Below the pieces are notes generated by a model, which was not told where the DNA came from, ran no database searches, and saw only the letters and a list, made by a program, of their open reading frames with translations. The position numbers and the translations under genes were made by a program. Shown piece by piece: positions 17,139-27,099 of a stretch of DNA of 47,180 bases. The stretch's first letter is position 1; the number at the start of each line of letters is the position of its first letter. Location of the stretch: the sequence record JF770475, one strand, 5' to 3'. Source of the stretch: Escherichia phage phiEB49.

Positions 17139-18089
17139 TTCGTATTTTGACATATAGTAAGAAGGAACCTGCAACTCCATCGAATCCTCAATCGCGTTGT
17201 AACCGGGCCAGACATTAAACTTCTTGCACTGCTTGTATGTTGCCAATGCCTCCATATACTGCCTACGACCTAAAGCAATGTGAGCATCTGATAATGTGTA
17301 AAGCATAGGCAGGTACGGGGCTTTCTTTTCCTGCGCCAGTAATTGCACAACAACTCGACGCTTTTCGTTAAAAGCACGCACAAATAGATCGCGCTGTAAA
17401 CTCATCTTAAGCAAGTAGCCATAGTTAGCAGCCAACCTACCAAAACCTTCAGGAGATGCGTCTGATGTCGTTTTGAAATCGGTAATGATAACCGTGTCAC
17501 CAACCACATCGACATGGTCCAGTCTAACCTTCACTCCACACTCGTTAATCTCGCCGAAGATTGATAGCTCTCGCTGAGCGGTTTCACTGTTAACTATTGC
17601 ATTGTAAGCAGGAATGCCACACAAAACCTCTCGCATCGCCCGCACGGTGTCAAAGTCCTTAGCTGATACAATCTCTCGACCTTCAGCTTTAATCTCGCTA
17701 GAGCGCTGGATATCCCACCATACGTTGAGTGATTCACCAGTCAGCGCCAGCATCTCCATCAATTCGGGATAATCCTTACCAGAAGTGCCAGCAATCCCCA
17801 TCGACTTCAATCGAGTTGCTAATGCCGCCTTGCTAGTAATCAGGTCTTCAAACTCCTCCTGTGCTGGTTGGCGGTAGTAAGTCGCGTCAAATACCGAATT
17901 CTCAAGTATGCATGTGTGAGCGCATGTGCCAAACTTTAAAGCCTTATTGCTATCATCATGCTCGGCAAACTTATATGCAGCTGGGCAAGTTGAGAAGATA
18001 TGAGCCAGACCGGAGCCAGACACATGTTCAGACTCCTGATGGTAGGCTTCGTTGGTTAACTCATCGTTAGTGTAAACCTTGAAGCTCAT
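17121..18089 (-). CDS. PD-(D/E)XK recombination exonuclease (RecE/YqaJ-like)
   Basis: D..ITDFKT nuclease core and QR..Y motif; located upstream of annealing protein and SSB. Confidence 0.55.
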   Translation of the reverse strand: MSFKVYTNDELTNEAYHQESEHVSGSGLAHIFSTCPAAYKFAEHDDSNKALKFGTCAHTCILENSVFDATYYRQPAQEEFEDLITSKAALATRLKSMGIAGTSGKDYPELMEMLALTGESLNVWWDIQRSSEIKAEGREIVSAKDFDTVRAMREVLCGIPAYNAIVNSETAQRELSIFGEINECGVKVRLDHVDVVGDTVIITDFKTTSDASPEGFGRLAANYGYLLKMSLQRDLFVRAFNEKRRVVVQLLAQEKKAPYLPMLYTLSDAHIALGRRQYMEALATYKQCKKFNVWPGYNAIEDSMELQVPSYYMSKYENSTNS

Positions 18090-18093
18090 CGTA

Positions 18094-18288
18094 TTATTCC
18101 TTAACCTTAATCACTTTAACAACGCCACCAAACTCCTCATCGTTAATGCTACCCCACTCCATAGCCTCAGCTTTCGTATTGAACCGCTTAGCATCAGCTT
18201 TGTGGTCGCAGTACCCAGAACCCTCATCCGTGTAGTAGACATTACCGAAAATCGGATTGTTTCGCTCTTGAATAATGAAGTATGCCAT
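18094..18288 (-). CDS. hypothetical protein (64 aa)
   Basis: ORF track; conserved leader upstream. Confidence 0.4.
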   Translation of the reverse strand: MAYFIIQERNNPIFGNVYYTDEGSGYCDHKADAKRFNTKAEAMEWGSINDEEFGGVVKVIKVKE

Positions 18289-18364
18289 TTCTCTATCTCT
18301 CTTTGTTTGTGTGAGTTAACTATGCCATCCGTGGCTAAGTTTATCCAATTGGTTTTGCCTATTA

Positions 18365-18580
18365 TTAACTAAATTTTGGAGGATTTGGTGCCAGCATGTA
18401 ATGCGTCACATCATCAATCTCCTCGCAACCAAGAGTAGTGAAGCACCTATACTTCTTAAACGTTTTAGGATCCACTAAGTAATTCCAATAAGCAGGCATC
18501 ACACCATAACTACTTGAATTAACAATAATAAATACTTGGTCATCGCTTGGCTTTGCGTCTTTAACATCAATCCATTTCAT
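18365..18580 (-). CDS. hypothetical protein (71 aa)
   Basis: ORF track. Confidence 0.4.
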   Translation of the reverse strand: MKWIDVKDAKPSDDQVFIIVNSSSYGVMPAYWNYLVDPKTFKKYRCFTTLGCEEIDDVTHYMLAPNPPKFS

Positions 18581-18654
18581 AATTAATACCTATATATATT
18601 ATTTAAATTAACTATATAATAATTTAATTTCTATTATCCAATCGGTTTTGCCTA

Positions 18655-19284
18655 TTAGTTCAGTTTCAAAATCTCGCTATTTTTATCAACCAGCTTATTA
18701 ATCAACTCATCCTTATCGTTTAACTTCTGGCAAAGAATTTCACACTGAGATTGATATGAGTAAACTAACTCCTGAGAATCGAAGTATCTACTAGAATCAA
18801 ACTTAAGCTCATACATCTTCTCGTCAACCTCTTCACCATTTGAAGCCTTATCAATGTACTTATAGATAATCTTCTCTAGCTTGTAAACTTCATCTTCGGC
18901 GCGATTTCGTGCTGCTAGCTCCTTGTTGGTTTGCAGCCTCTCCTTCAACACCATGTCGTAAGATACCATTTTTGCCATATGTTCCTTAAGTAGTTTGTTT
19001 TCCCTCTCAAGAACCTTAATCTTCTTAATCATGTTCATTCTTGCTTTTGCGCTATATTTTGCAACAAGGCAAATGGTGTGATCTTTGTCGAGAACTGCCA
19101 CATTGTGCATCTTTCCATTATGGTATTCTTGCTCCTCAAATTGAGGAGCACTACCTTCACCATACAGCTCAACGTACATCGCCTTAACATCCCTCATTAC
19201 GTTATCGTGACGAACATCAACAATTTTAGCAATATCAGCGGTTGTCATGGTCATCTCTTCATCAACTTTAATAATATCCATCAT
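18655..19284 (-). CDS. Rha-like phage regulatory protein with coiled-coil C-terminus
   Basis: N-terminal TTADIAKIVDVRHDNVMRDVKAM resembles Rha family; first gene of leftward operon from control region B. Confidence 0.5.
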   Translation of the reverse strand: MMDIIKVDEEMTMTTADIAKIVDVRHDNVMRDVKAMYVELYGEGSAPQFEEQEYHNGKMHNVAVLDKDHTICLVAKYSAKARMNMIKKIKVLERENKLLKEHMAKMVSYDMVLKERLQTNKELAARNRAEDEVYKLEKIIYKYIDKASNGEEVDEKMYELKFDSSRYFDSQELVYSYQSQCEILCQKLNDKDELINKLVDKNSEILKLN

Positions 19285-19326
19285 CTATTACTCGTTTATA
19301 GCAACGCCATTGCTGCCGATGAGTGC

Positions 19327-19371
19327 ACTATAACCAATCATGAAGCATCCTTTTTGATTATTCGTGCTATT
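19327..19371 (-). promoter_or_regulatory. dyad-motif promoter (half-site variant)
   Basis: TGCTA 19365-19369 with degenerate partner; minus TATAGT 19327-19332; leader before ATG 19284. Confidence 0.4.
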
Positions 19372-19726
19372 TTGTATATCGGTGTAAACCGCACATAAAT
19401 ACGCCTCGCGAGTCTCTGGGCTGCATGGATGCTGAATGTAACTGTTGTAACCAATGTATCCACCACTTTTGCACCCTATCTATATCTATATGCATTTCCT
19501 CCTTAACTGGAAATAAAACATAGTCTTTTAGAAAAACATACAAACATAGCTATAGAGAGTAGTTACAATATATACATAGTAATATATATAATAATAATAA
19601 TACTCTAAACCCTTATTATATAAGGATTTATAGATGTAACTAATGCGTATCTGCGCGTAAAAAGCGTATACAATTTTCCGCGGATGATATTGTATACATC
19701 GAGTTACATCGGTTACGCGTATATCA

Positions 19727-19772
19727 AATAGCACGATTTGCTAAAGACTCCAGCAGCAGCCTTTGCTATAGT
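19727..19772 (+). promoter_or_regulatory. dyad-motif promoter
   Basis: Core 19729-19743; 23-nt spacer; TGcTATAGT 19764-19772; leader CATCGAAACGAAAC and SD AAGGA before ATG 19813. Confidence 0.5.
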
Positions 19773-19812
19773 TACTCCATCGAAACGAAACACACTTACT
19801 AAGGAATACAAA

Positions 19813-20043
19813 ATGACTAACTTCATCAAATCAGCAATCATCGCAGCAGCAGTAATCATGACAGTAGGTTGTTCTTCTGGCCCGCGCCCTGACGGCTGGT
19901 GTGCGACTGAAGTTAACGGTTCTTGTGTTGCTAAATGGAAAGGCGGTGTAGTTGTAGCTTCAGGTGAAACTGATATCCGCTGGGATGGTATCAAGAACTT
20001 CTCTGGCTCAGTTAAAGATCACGGCACAAAGGAGTGGAAATAA
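19813..20043 (+). CDS. cor: Cor-like superinfection-exclusion lipoprotein
   Basis: 76 aa, lipobox MTVGCS, located next to J as in phi80/T1-type phages; ORF track 19738 start trimmed to ATG 19813. Confidence 0.5.
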   Translation: MTNFIKSAIIAAAVIMTVGCSSGPRPDGWCATEVNGSCVAKWKGGVVVASGETDIRWDGIKNFSGSVKDHGTKEWK

Positions 20044-21005
20044 TGCCTCAAGGTATCTTAATAGACCTTAATGACGGAAGGCCAAGAATGGAGATTACGG
20101 CAGGGTTAAGAGCCCCAGCCGTAACAGGAAGCCTTAGCAGCGGCTCTACGTTCGATTCTGCTAACAGCACCAGAGACTTCAGTCTAACAATGACTCAGGG
20201 CTCTACGGCCTTTATATTGCCCACAAAGGCTGTTGATGTTTATGACTTCGACTTTATACCAGAGGTTTATTTCATGAATGGATTCTCAAGGGTTAATAAC
20301 TCAACAGGTAGGATAAGCATAGGAAACTTCAATGGATCATCAGGACACCTGATTGGGTTCGGAGCTCAGGGCTTCGAGGTCCTTGGAGCGTCATCTGGAA
20401 GTGAGGGTATATTTGTTAGTGACTCGACAAATTTCACGGCGATAACATCAAACTCAAGGCTTCTTACTGCTCAATATGTTGGTTCCGTTACAGTTAACGG
20501 CAGCTACACCCTACCAATAACAGGAATACCTTTTGCAAGATGGAATAACGCTAACGTGACGCTTGAGTTTGACGGAACAAGGCTGCTATGTACTAACAAC
20601 ACGTACACTGGAATTGATAACGTTACAGGTTCAGTAACAATTGACCTTGTGATATTTAACAATACCGCACCAACTGCTGGCCCTGGGTTAACAATGTCAA
20701 ACGCAGCTGGTCAGATTGTGTTCTCAAGCGTAAAGAGGCCATTTGTTCTAAGTGGATTCTTGCAGTTATCTAACTCATACCAATCTATAGGAGGTGGATT
20801 CTTCCCAGTACTACGATGCGGCGCTATGGTTGAGGTTACTGGAGGATATAACAACCTAAGATATAAAGGCGTTGCAATGTCCAATGGTCAGGTTAGGGCG
20901 CACAAAGGAAGCGTTTACGGTAACTACTCAACCCAGTCAGGCGCAAACTTTCCATTCAACACCAACATCTCAATGCAGCTGCCTTACATACCAAGCATGT
21001 ACTAA
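20043..21005 (+). CDS. Ser/Thr/Asn/Gly-rich protein, possible tail-fiber-associated or receptor-binding protein
   Basis: About 320 aa, beta-rich low-complexity composition; ATG overlaps Cor stop (TAATG); convergent with J. Confidence 0.4.
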   Translation: MPQGILIDLNDGRPRMEITAGLRAPAVTGSLSSGSTFDSANSTRDFSLTMTQGSTAFILPTKAVDVYDFDFIPEVYFMNGFSRVNNSTGRISIGNFNGSSGHLIGFGAQGFEVLGASSGSEGIFVSDSTNFTAITSNSRLLTAQYVGSVTVNGSYTLPITGIPFARWNNANVTLEFDGTRLLCTNNTYTGIDNVTGSVTIDLVIFNNTAPTAGPGLTMSNAAGQIVFSSVKRPFVLSGFLQLSNSYQSIGGGFFPVLRCGAMVEVTGGYNNLRYKGVAMSNGQVRAHKGSVYGNYSTQSGANFPFNTNISMQLPYIPSMY

Positions 21006-21034
21006 AAAAGGCCCCAGAAGGGGCCTATATTTTA
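21003..21034. terminator. bidirectional intrinsic terminator
   Basis: AAAAAA-GGCCCC-agaa-GGGGCC-TATATTTT between convergent genes. Confidence 0.7.
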
Positions 21035-24000
21035 ATTCCAAACTCCAACTACAACCCTTCCTCCGCCAGGTAAGTTAACAGTGATTCCGTTACCGTTAAT
21101 CTGAACAGTATTACTTGTTCCGTTAAATGCGAAGTTACCATTGTTAGCGTACAGGCTACCGCGAACAGTGGCGTTACTTAACTCAGCAAAACCAGATTTA
21201 TCAATTGCCCATCCAGCGCTACCTGCAACATAGTTGTTTGATTGAATCCTGTTACCAATCTTAGCGTTAGTAATTGAACCATCCTGAATCACCGCGCTCT
21301 GAATGAACACCTGGTTATTCTCGACAACGAAAGGCAGCGACCACTGACCGGAACCAGAGCTAATGCCGTTGCTGATTGCGAACCTGTTAGCATCGAAAAT
21401 GAACTGACTACGAACGTTTCCACCACTTCCAGTTAGCTCCATGCTCATACCGGCGCCATACTCAACTCCATTGTACTTCAGGCCAAGCTTAACGCCGTAC
21501 TGAACACCAACGCCTTCAACTGTAGCGTAAGAATCAAGCTTCTGATTTAACGCCGCTGTATTCTCACCTAGTTGCGCAGTTAATGCGGTATCTGCCGTAG
21601 CCCTTGCTTCCGTCTCCGTAGCTAGAGCGGTTTCAATTGTCGTAATCTGTCCAACAATCTCATCATCAATCTGCGCTTTGAGCTCCGTGAGGGCGTCTAC
21701 ACGGGCTTGAGTTTCATCAGCAATCAAACTCACGGCCTGACGATATTCAGCCTTCCTGTTAAGATTCTCCTTTGTCATAACGCGTACATCAGTATCGTTT
21801 GCTAGAGCGTTCTCTATAATTGCCTCAGCCTGATTCTGGATGTCAGTATTTGCATCAATAGCGTTCTGGAGAAGATATTTGTACCCATCAGAGTTTTCGA
21901 TATCAACCTTTATATCGCCAATGATCGCACTTACATCATCGGATGCCATGCCTCTGACAAAATCAGTCCATGGAGATACGTTACCTATCCTGTCAATAAT
22001 CCTCGCCCTGTACCACCTCACGTTTCCTGCTGGAAGAGTTGTGTGCCAGTACTCATATTGAGGGTAAGGAACCAGCGTAAGCAGTGATGCGTTTTCTGGA
22101 TTGTATGTACCGTAACCATTATCAGGAACCTGCTGAATCTCAGTGTACGCAGTATCGGCTGAATCAGTAGGAAACCCCCACTTAACCCTAATCCCGAAAA
22201 CCTCATCATCAGACGCGGTAATTACAGGCGGCGCTGATGGCTCTCCAATCTTACCAGTCAAGCTGACTGTCGTTATTTCAGACCATGCCGATACTGATTT
22301 TTGGTCAGTTACAGCACGAACCCTGACGTCGTAAATGCCAGCGTAGATACCTTCAATATCAACTTCAGTGTTAGCCGTCTCGGGAACGTTAATCCAGTTT
22401 CCGTTATTCTTACGCCATTGTACGTTGTATGTTTTCGCATACTGCACCTTGTCGTAACCGATAACCATGGTCTCAACGCTTAATCCCTGAACTACCTTAC
22501 TGTAGCTAGTAACGGTGATATTTTCAGGTGGTAAAATCCTGTCAGGGTCAACGATGCTTGTTGGCCTGTCATCGATGTTTACTCCGTAGTCGATCTCATC
22601 GTACTTGTTAGGGTCATACTGAACAGCTGTGATGCTGTACTGGAATGAGTCCTCGCCGTCCGTGTTAGCTTTTTGAATCCCGGTAACCACATATTGCTGC
22701 AACGCAAGATTCTGCTTGTCGATTGCGAATACCGTATCAGGCTGGGGCGTGAAGCTGAATGCTGTATTCAGTTCAAGCGTAAGCTTATCAGCAGATACGG
22801 AAGCGATAGTCCTGTACTCCGGGCTTCCATCTGGCTTGTTGATTAAAATCCTGTCGCCAGGGTCAGCATCAATAGCGAACGGAACAAAAACCTGTAATCC
22901 TGTAGCTTCAACGATTCGACCCGAAAGGTTCAATGTGTAGTTGCTAGACCACGCCTGGTCATTGACAGCAATTACATCACCAATCATAGGAATCATGCCT
23001 TCCAGGCCAGTTGTGAAAGTTACCGTTTCACTGCGAAGGTTTGTTTTCAGCAACCATCTACCTCGACGGTTAGCCTCACTACGCCTTACGCAGCCAATTG
23101 CGGTCAGGTCTACAGGGTTGTAACCAAATCTACGAGTCGCCTCAAGGTCAAATACTGGCTCGACATCTTGCTGATAGTTATTCTCTACGTCATCAAACTG
23201 AACGTTTGCAGTCGTGTAAAGAGACTTATCACTAGAGAATGTCCTGTTAAACAATCCATCAACAACGTTATCATTGGTGAATACATAGCTAGGCTGGCGC
23301 GGCCTGTCTACAACAATCCCGATTTGCTCACCGTCATAGAAGGTTAGACCTCGGAAAATAGAACAGATGTCACGAATAAGCTGATAAGCTTCCACTTTCT
23401 GCTGAATGACAACGTTACAAGTATATCTCGGCTCCATCCCGCCTTTGCCGTCCGGAACCATCTGGTCACAGAATTGCGCAGCTTCATACAGGCCCCACTT
23501 ATCAATCTCTACACCAAGCTCCCGCTGGTCCAGGCCGTAACGCTGACTAACCACCAGGTCATATAAAACCCAGGCTGGATTATCAGACCATGCCATTTTA
23601 AAAGTGCCATCCCAGGTTCCGCTATAAGTACGAGTCTCTGGGTTGTAGTTTGTTGGTACACGGATAATCTTCCACTTCTTCTTAATAGCTATCGTTGGGA
23701 TGCCGTTTGGGAAAAGGTCAGAGCTGAACTCAACGTAAACAAGAGCCGTAAGAGGGTAGCGGAATTTAGCGTCGATTACTTCCTGATAGGTTGTAATCTG
23801 CATCCCGTTAACCAGTGTGCTGCTTGTTGAGTCCGGAGTTAACTTCCTAATACGAACAAGAGCGCTGCTAAACTCTGCTGGTAAGTTAACCCTGATACTG
23901 CGGTCGTAACCTGTTGTAGTTTTACCGTTAGCCACGCCTCTGGTATATTCCGTGTACGCTGCGCCATTAACTGATAAATCGATTGCATATTCGCATGTTG

Positions 24001-24460
24001 TACCATTTAAATCTCCATTCTCTTCTTGTTTAACTAGTCGAGGCCAGAACAGCTTGACTCGGATTGCTGATAACTGACTGTTGTTAACTGCGATGATGTA
24101 AGGCGTATCGTTGTTAATCTCACGGCTAACCTGAATCTCCGACGCAGCACCATCTAGTCCTGCGATGTAATCTTGGGATTGAGTGCCAGGGCGAAACTCA
24201 GCCGTTACACCTTCGTAGTTGAATGAGTTGTCCTGGTTCTGTACGGGAACATCAGCAAGGTAGAGATCCTTTAGTGAGAAACTTGAGTCAACCTCACCAT
24301 CAGCAACCGCCAACAGAACCTTAATCTTGTTAAGTGAAATCAGGTTATCTTCTTGCTCTACAGGCGTGTGCTGCTTCTGGCTTCCACCCTTGCTTCCATA
24401 AATCTTTGGCAAATCGGTCATATCATATAACCTCGTTGTTTGTTTAACCATTTGTGCCAT
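21032..24460 (-). CDS. J: central tail fiber / host specificity protein (lambda J-like)
   Basis: 1142 aa; N-terminal GSKGGSQKQHTPVEQEDNLIS matches the lambda J N-terminal signature; possible true start at ATG 24421. Confidence 0.85.
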   Translation of the reverse strand: MAQMVKQTTRLYDMTDLPKIYGSKGGSQKQHTPVEQEDNLISLNKIKVLLAVADGEVDSSFSLKDLYLADVPVQNQDNSFNYEGVTAEFRPGTQSQDYIAGLDGAASEIQVSREINNDTPYIIAVNNSQLSAIRVKLFWPRLVKQEENGDLNGTTCEYAIDLSVNGAAYTEYTRGVANGKTTTGYDRSIRVNLPAEFSSALVRIRKLTPDSTSSTLVNGMQITTYQEVIDAKFRYPLTALVYVEFSSDLFPNGIPTIAIKKKWKIIRVPTNYNPETRTYSGTWDGTFKMAWSDNPAWVLYDLVVSQRYGLDQRELGVEIDKWGLYEAAQFCDQMVPDGKGGMEPRYTCNVVIQQKVEAYQLIRDICSIFRGLTFYDGEQIGIVVDRPRQPSYVFTNDNVVDGLFNRTFSSDKSLYTTANVQFDDVENNYQQDVEPVFDLEATRRFGYNPVDLTAIGCVRRSEANRRGRWLLKTNLRSETVTFTTGLEGMIPMIGDVIAVNDQAWSSNYTLNLSGRIVEATGLQVFVPFAIDADPGDRILINKPDGSPEYRTIASVSADKLTLELNTAFSFTPQPDTVFAIDKQNLALQQYVVTGIQKANTDGEDSFQYSITAVQYDPNKYDEIDYGVNIDDRPTSIVDPDRILPPENITVTSYSKVVQGLSVETMVIGYDKVQYAKTYNVQWRKNNGNWINVPETANTEVDIEGIYAGIYDVRVRAVTDQKSVSAWSEITTVSLTGKIGEPSAPPVITASDDEVFGIRVKWGFPTDSADTAYTEIQQVPDNGYGTYNPENASLLTLVPYPQYEYWHTTLPAGNVRWYRARIIDRIGNVSPWTDFVRGMASDDVSAIIGDIKVDIENSDGYKYLLQNAIDANTDIQNQAEAIIENALANDTDVRVMTKENLNRKAEYRQAVSLIADETQARVDALTELKAQIDDEIVGQITTIETALATETEARATADTALTAQLGENTAALNQKLDSYATVEGVGVQYGVKLGLKYNGVEYGAGMSMELTGSGGNVRSQFIFDANRFAISNGISSGSGQWSLPFVVENNQVFIQSAVIQDGSITNAKIGNRIQSNNYVAGSAGWAIDKSGFAELSNATVRGSLYANNGNFAFNGTSNTVQINGNGITVNLPGGGRVVVGVWN

Positions 24461-24468
24461 TCTACACT

Positions 24469-24494
24469 AAATAAAAAACCCGCACTAGGCGGGT
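24469..24494 (-). terminator. intrinsic terminator / attenuator between I and J
   Basis: Minus-strand ACCCGC-ctagt-GCGGGT followed by TTTTTTATTT. Confidence 0.55.
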
Positions 24495-24501
24495 TGTGAT
24501 T

Positions 24502-25077
24502 TTAACTAATATCTTCACTATAGCTACCAGCACTAAATACAGCGCCGCCAACCGTTCGATATCCATAAGGTAGGCAAACAGGGTTGCCAGCAGCAATGGT
24601 GTTTACTGCAGAGCCGAATGCGTATGATGCTCGGTTGCTTGTTTGTGATGCCTGGTCGTTCAATCCTGTTGCTTGTGGTGCCAATAACTGAGCTACACCA
24701 CCAGCAAGAAGGCCCACAGCTACTGGCAAAAGAACAGGAAAGAAGTAGGACGCCACCAGAAGTACACCGCCAAGTATGGTCTGGAATAAGCCACCTGATT
24801 TTCTACCTTGTGGTATTGGCATAATCCTGATTTCACGAACAGTCTGCAGGTCATTAATCTTGTGCTCGTTAACATTTTTACCGTCAACGAATACAGCAAA
24901 CCTCGTGTTCTGGCCCACATGGCTACGCATGAATTCTTTAAATTCAGGAATGTTTACAGAAAGAGCTCGCATTGCTTCTGGGACTGTTTTCACGCAAAGC
25001 TTATGTAGCTTTCCAAACTTCCTGCCCAAACCTAATCCCAACTTAACATCAATCACGTTCTGGGTCATAACCCGCAT
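24502..25077 (-). CDS. I: tail assembly protein (lambda I-like)
   Basis: C-terminal hydrophobic GGV..LLAP segment as in lambda gpI; overlaps K 3' end. Confidence 0.7.
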   Translation of the reverse strand: MRVMTQNVIDVKLGLGLGRKFGKLHKLCVKTVPEAMRALSVNIPEFKEFMRSHVGQNTRFAVFVDGKNVNEHKINDLQTVREIRIMPIPQGRKSGGLFQTILGGVLLVASYFFPVLLPVAVGLLAGGVAQLLAPQATGLNDQASQTSNRASYAFGSAVNTIAAGNPVCLPYGYRTVGGAVFSAGSYSEDIS

Positions 25078-25795
25078 CCTCCGGTAAATCTTTATGCCTT
25101 ACGATTCGCACTGTCCGCTCACGATAGTAGTCGCCGTACAAATCAACCTTACTCATCTTACCATATAAATGGTGTAGGATTTTATTATCACCAATGTAGA
25201 TGGCAGCATGGTTGGTCTTCTCGCTCTGAATCTGCATCATAATCATTGATCCAATTGGTATGTCATTACCTCGAACTAACTCAAACCCTTCAAGTTGCCA
25301 ATTATCATCATAGATGTTGTCAGGGTATTCATTCGTCCACCATTGATAATCTACTCGGTAGTCGTTCAACTTAACTCCGTGAATAGCATGGAAAGCCATA
25401 ATGAGCCCCCAGCAATCAAAGCTACCAAGACCCCAAGGTCTGCCAGATAAAGGCATCTTTTCAGGCTGAATAATACGCAGATCACCCTCAGGAATAGACA
25501 CGATAACATAAGGCAGCTCACACTCGTTACAGCTACAGATATCTGCTGCGGAAGGCCTGGTAGTTGCGCCGTCGCCAGTGTGAGAATGAACAACATAAAC
25601 AATACCTTCATTTTCCAAAATCTCCATGAATTCTGATGAATCAAGAATGAATGATTGCTCTGGTGTTTTAGATAAGTTAGTAATCCTGTGATACTTCTGA
25701 GCCATACCCTTCTGAGTTACAACCCCGCAACACTCATGCGGGTAAAATTCTTTTGCGTGCTTGAAGATTTCCAACTTAACTTTTGGTGTTAACAC
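25049..25795 (-). CDS. K: tail assembly protein (lambda K-like; JAMM/MPN plus NlpC/P60)
   Basis: HSHTGDGATTRPSAADI metalloprotease-like motif and Cys/His peptidase motif; start set to GTG 25795 after GGAGG. Confidence 0.7.
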   Translation of the reverse strand: MLTPKVKLEIFKHAKEFYPHECCGVVTQKGMAQKYHRITNLSKTPEQSFILDSSEFMEILENEGIVYVVHSHTGDGATTRPSAADICSCNECELPYVIVSIPEGDLRIIQPEKMPLSGRPWGLGSFDCWGLIMAFHAIHGVKLNDYRVDYQWWTNEYPDNIYDDNWQLEGFELVRGNDIPIGSMIMMQIQSEKTNHAAIYIGDNKILHHLYGKMSKVDLYGDYYRERTVRIVRHKDLPEDAGYDPERD

Positions 25796-25806
25796 TTTTA
25801 CCTCCA

Positions 25807-25834
25807 ATAAAAAAGGCCAATCTCTCGATTGACC
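25807..25834 (-). terminator. intrinsic terminator followed by ATTGGAGG SD cassette
   Basis: Minus-strand GGTCAATC-gaga-GATTGGCC followed by TTTTTTATTGGAGG. Confidence 0.55.
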
Positions 25835-25854
25835 TAGTTTAACACTAATTTCGT

Positions 25855-26220
25855 TTATTCAAAATAAACCTCAAAGTCTATAAATACTGAAACACCCTTG
25901 GATTTAAGCTCCTCAGCCTCAATCAGCTTTTCATCAAAGAATGACTTAGTAACATCAATGCCATTCATTCTATATTTCATCTCTCCATCATGCGTATCAC
26001 TTAACAAATTGACACCCTCATCATTAAGGTCAACTCTTGAAAAGTTGTAATAACTATCATGAAAAAAGCTTCTAAATTTTACAGTTTTACCATCATCATC
26101 CATAACCTGATAGTAAACACCTGAGTCGACAACATCACATGCGTAAGTATCACCAACAGAAAACAAACCATAGCATTCTTCTTTGTGTTTTTTGTATCCG
26201 TTAAATTTAATGTAGAACAT
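25855..26220 (-). CDS. moron protein (121 aa) with own promoter and terminator, inserted between L and K
   Basis: Flanked by dyad promoter 26250-26295 and terminator 25807-25834; paralog of split ORF at 40191-40522. Confidence 0.5.
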   Translation of the reverse strand: MFYIKFNGYKKHKEECYGLFSVGDTYACDVVDSGVYYQVMDDDGKTVKFRSFFHDSYYNFSRVDLNDEGVNLLSDTHDGEMKYRMNGIDVTKSFFDEKLIEAEELKSKGVSVFIDFEVYFE

Positions 26221-26249
26221 TTTTCATCTCCTCTCGTTTGTGTGAGGTA

Positions 26250-26295
26250 ACTGTAATCCAATCCTGTCTGCGCGTCTTTAGCAATTCGTGCTATT
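26250..26295 (-). promoter_or_regulatory. dyad-motif promoter
   Basis: Core 26279-26293; minus TACAGT 26250-26255; leader CCTCACACAAACGAGAGGAG. Confidence 0.5.
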
Positions 26296-27059
26296 TAGTT
26301 CTGATTGGCTTTGGCCTGAAGACTTGCTGCCGCACAACCGCCAAATGATAATTGGTTATTCTCTCCGAACCTTAGCTTGCAAGCCGTTACCGTTCCGGCA
26401 CAAAAGTCTTGTGATGGATCGGATACAGGCACGTTGTCTTTATCAAAATACCTATTACCCATATAGTCACATCCATTACCTGAGCGGTAAAGCCCTCGCT
26501 GTGCCCAATAGCAAACAGACTGAACAAGTCGCGCAGGAATGTAAATACCATCCATATCCATTGGGCTAGTTAATTCAAATGACGCCGTGTTGTAGTCAAC
26601 CTGCTTAGGTCGCTCAATGAAGTAAACCAACTTACGGTAATCCCCATCAGCAATGGTTCCATCTTCGTTAATATTCTCTCGAAGGGTGATCCAGATAGTA
26701 ACCTTTGCCTGAACAAGCCCGTTGTAAGTCCTGATTAGTGCGGAAATGTTCTGGTCTACGTTGGATACAACAAGCGTTACCTTGTTTGCCTTGCCGTCAG
26801 AAGTCATGTTAATACCCTGAATACCAAAAGGCCTTGCGCCGTACTCTTCTCCACGGAAAGTGATTGTCTTTGCTGGCAGTGGCTGACCTGTTGATTGCGC
26901 CATCATGATTTCTTCTGGCGTATAGCTGATATTCTCCCCATGAAAGCGGTAAACTGGTGCACCAAACTTTCCTCCGTCAACCTCAATAAGTGTAACGACC
27001 TCACCAGGGAACAAGCTTTGTAATTGATTCTCAAACTTAGTGCTTAATGGCGTTGCCAT
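26295..27059 (-). CDS. L: minor tail protein (lambda L-like) with C-terminal Cys cluster
   Basis: 254 aa; four C-terminal cysteines consistent with the Fe-S cluster of gpL. Confidence 0.7.
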   Translation of the reverse strand: MATPLSTKFENQLQSLFPGEVVTLIEVDGGKFGAPVYRFHGENISYTPEEIMMAQSTGQPLPAKTITFRGEEYGARPFGIQGINMTSDGKANKVTLVVSNVDQNISALIRTYNGLVQAKVTIWITLRENINEDGTIADGDYRKLVYFIERPKQVDYNTASFELTSPMDMDGIYIPARLVQSVCYWAQRGLYRSGNGCDYMGNRYFDKDNVPVSDPSQDFCAGTVTACKLRFGENNQLSFGGCAAASLQAKANQN

Positions 27060-27070
27060 GATATTTCTCC

Positions 27071-27096
27071 AATAAAAAAAGACCCCGTAGGGTCTT
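27071..27096 (-). terminator. intrinsic terminator followed by ATTGGAG SD cassette
   Basis: Minus-strand AGACCC-tacg-GGGTCT followed by TTTTTTTATTGGAG. Confidence 0.55.
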
Positions 27097-27099
27097 AGT

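Noticed and set aside
19528-19994. ORFs 19528..19734 and 19713..19994 in and next to control region B
   Set aside because: The first is a Tyr-rich translation of AT-rich repeat DNA; the second is antisense to the Cor gene and its promoter.
21840-23123. Several 60-75-aa plus-strand ORFs inside the J gene
   Set aside because: Antisense to a 1142-aa gene with clear homology; no start context; typical spurious ORFs.
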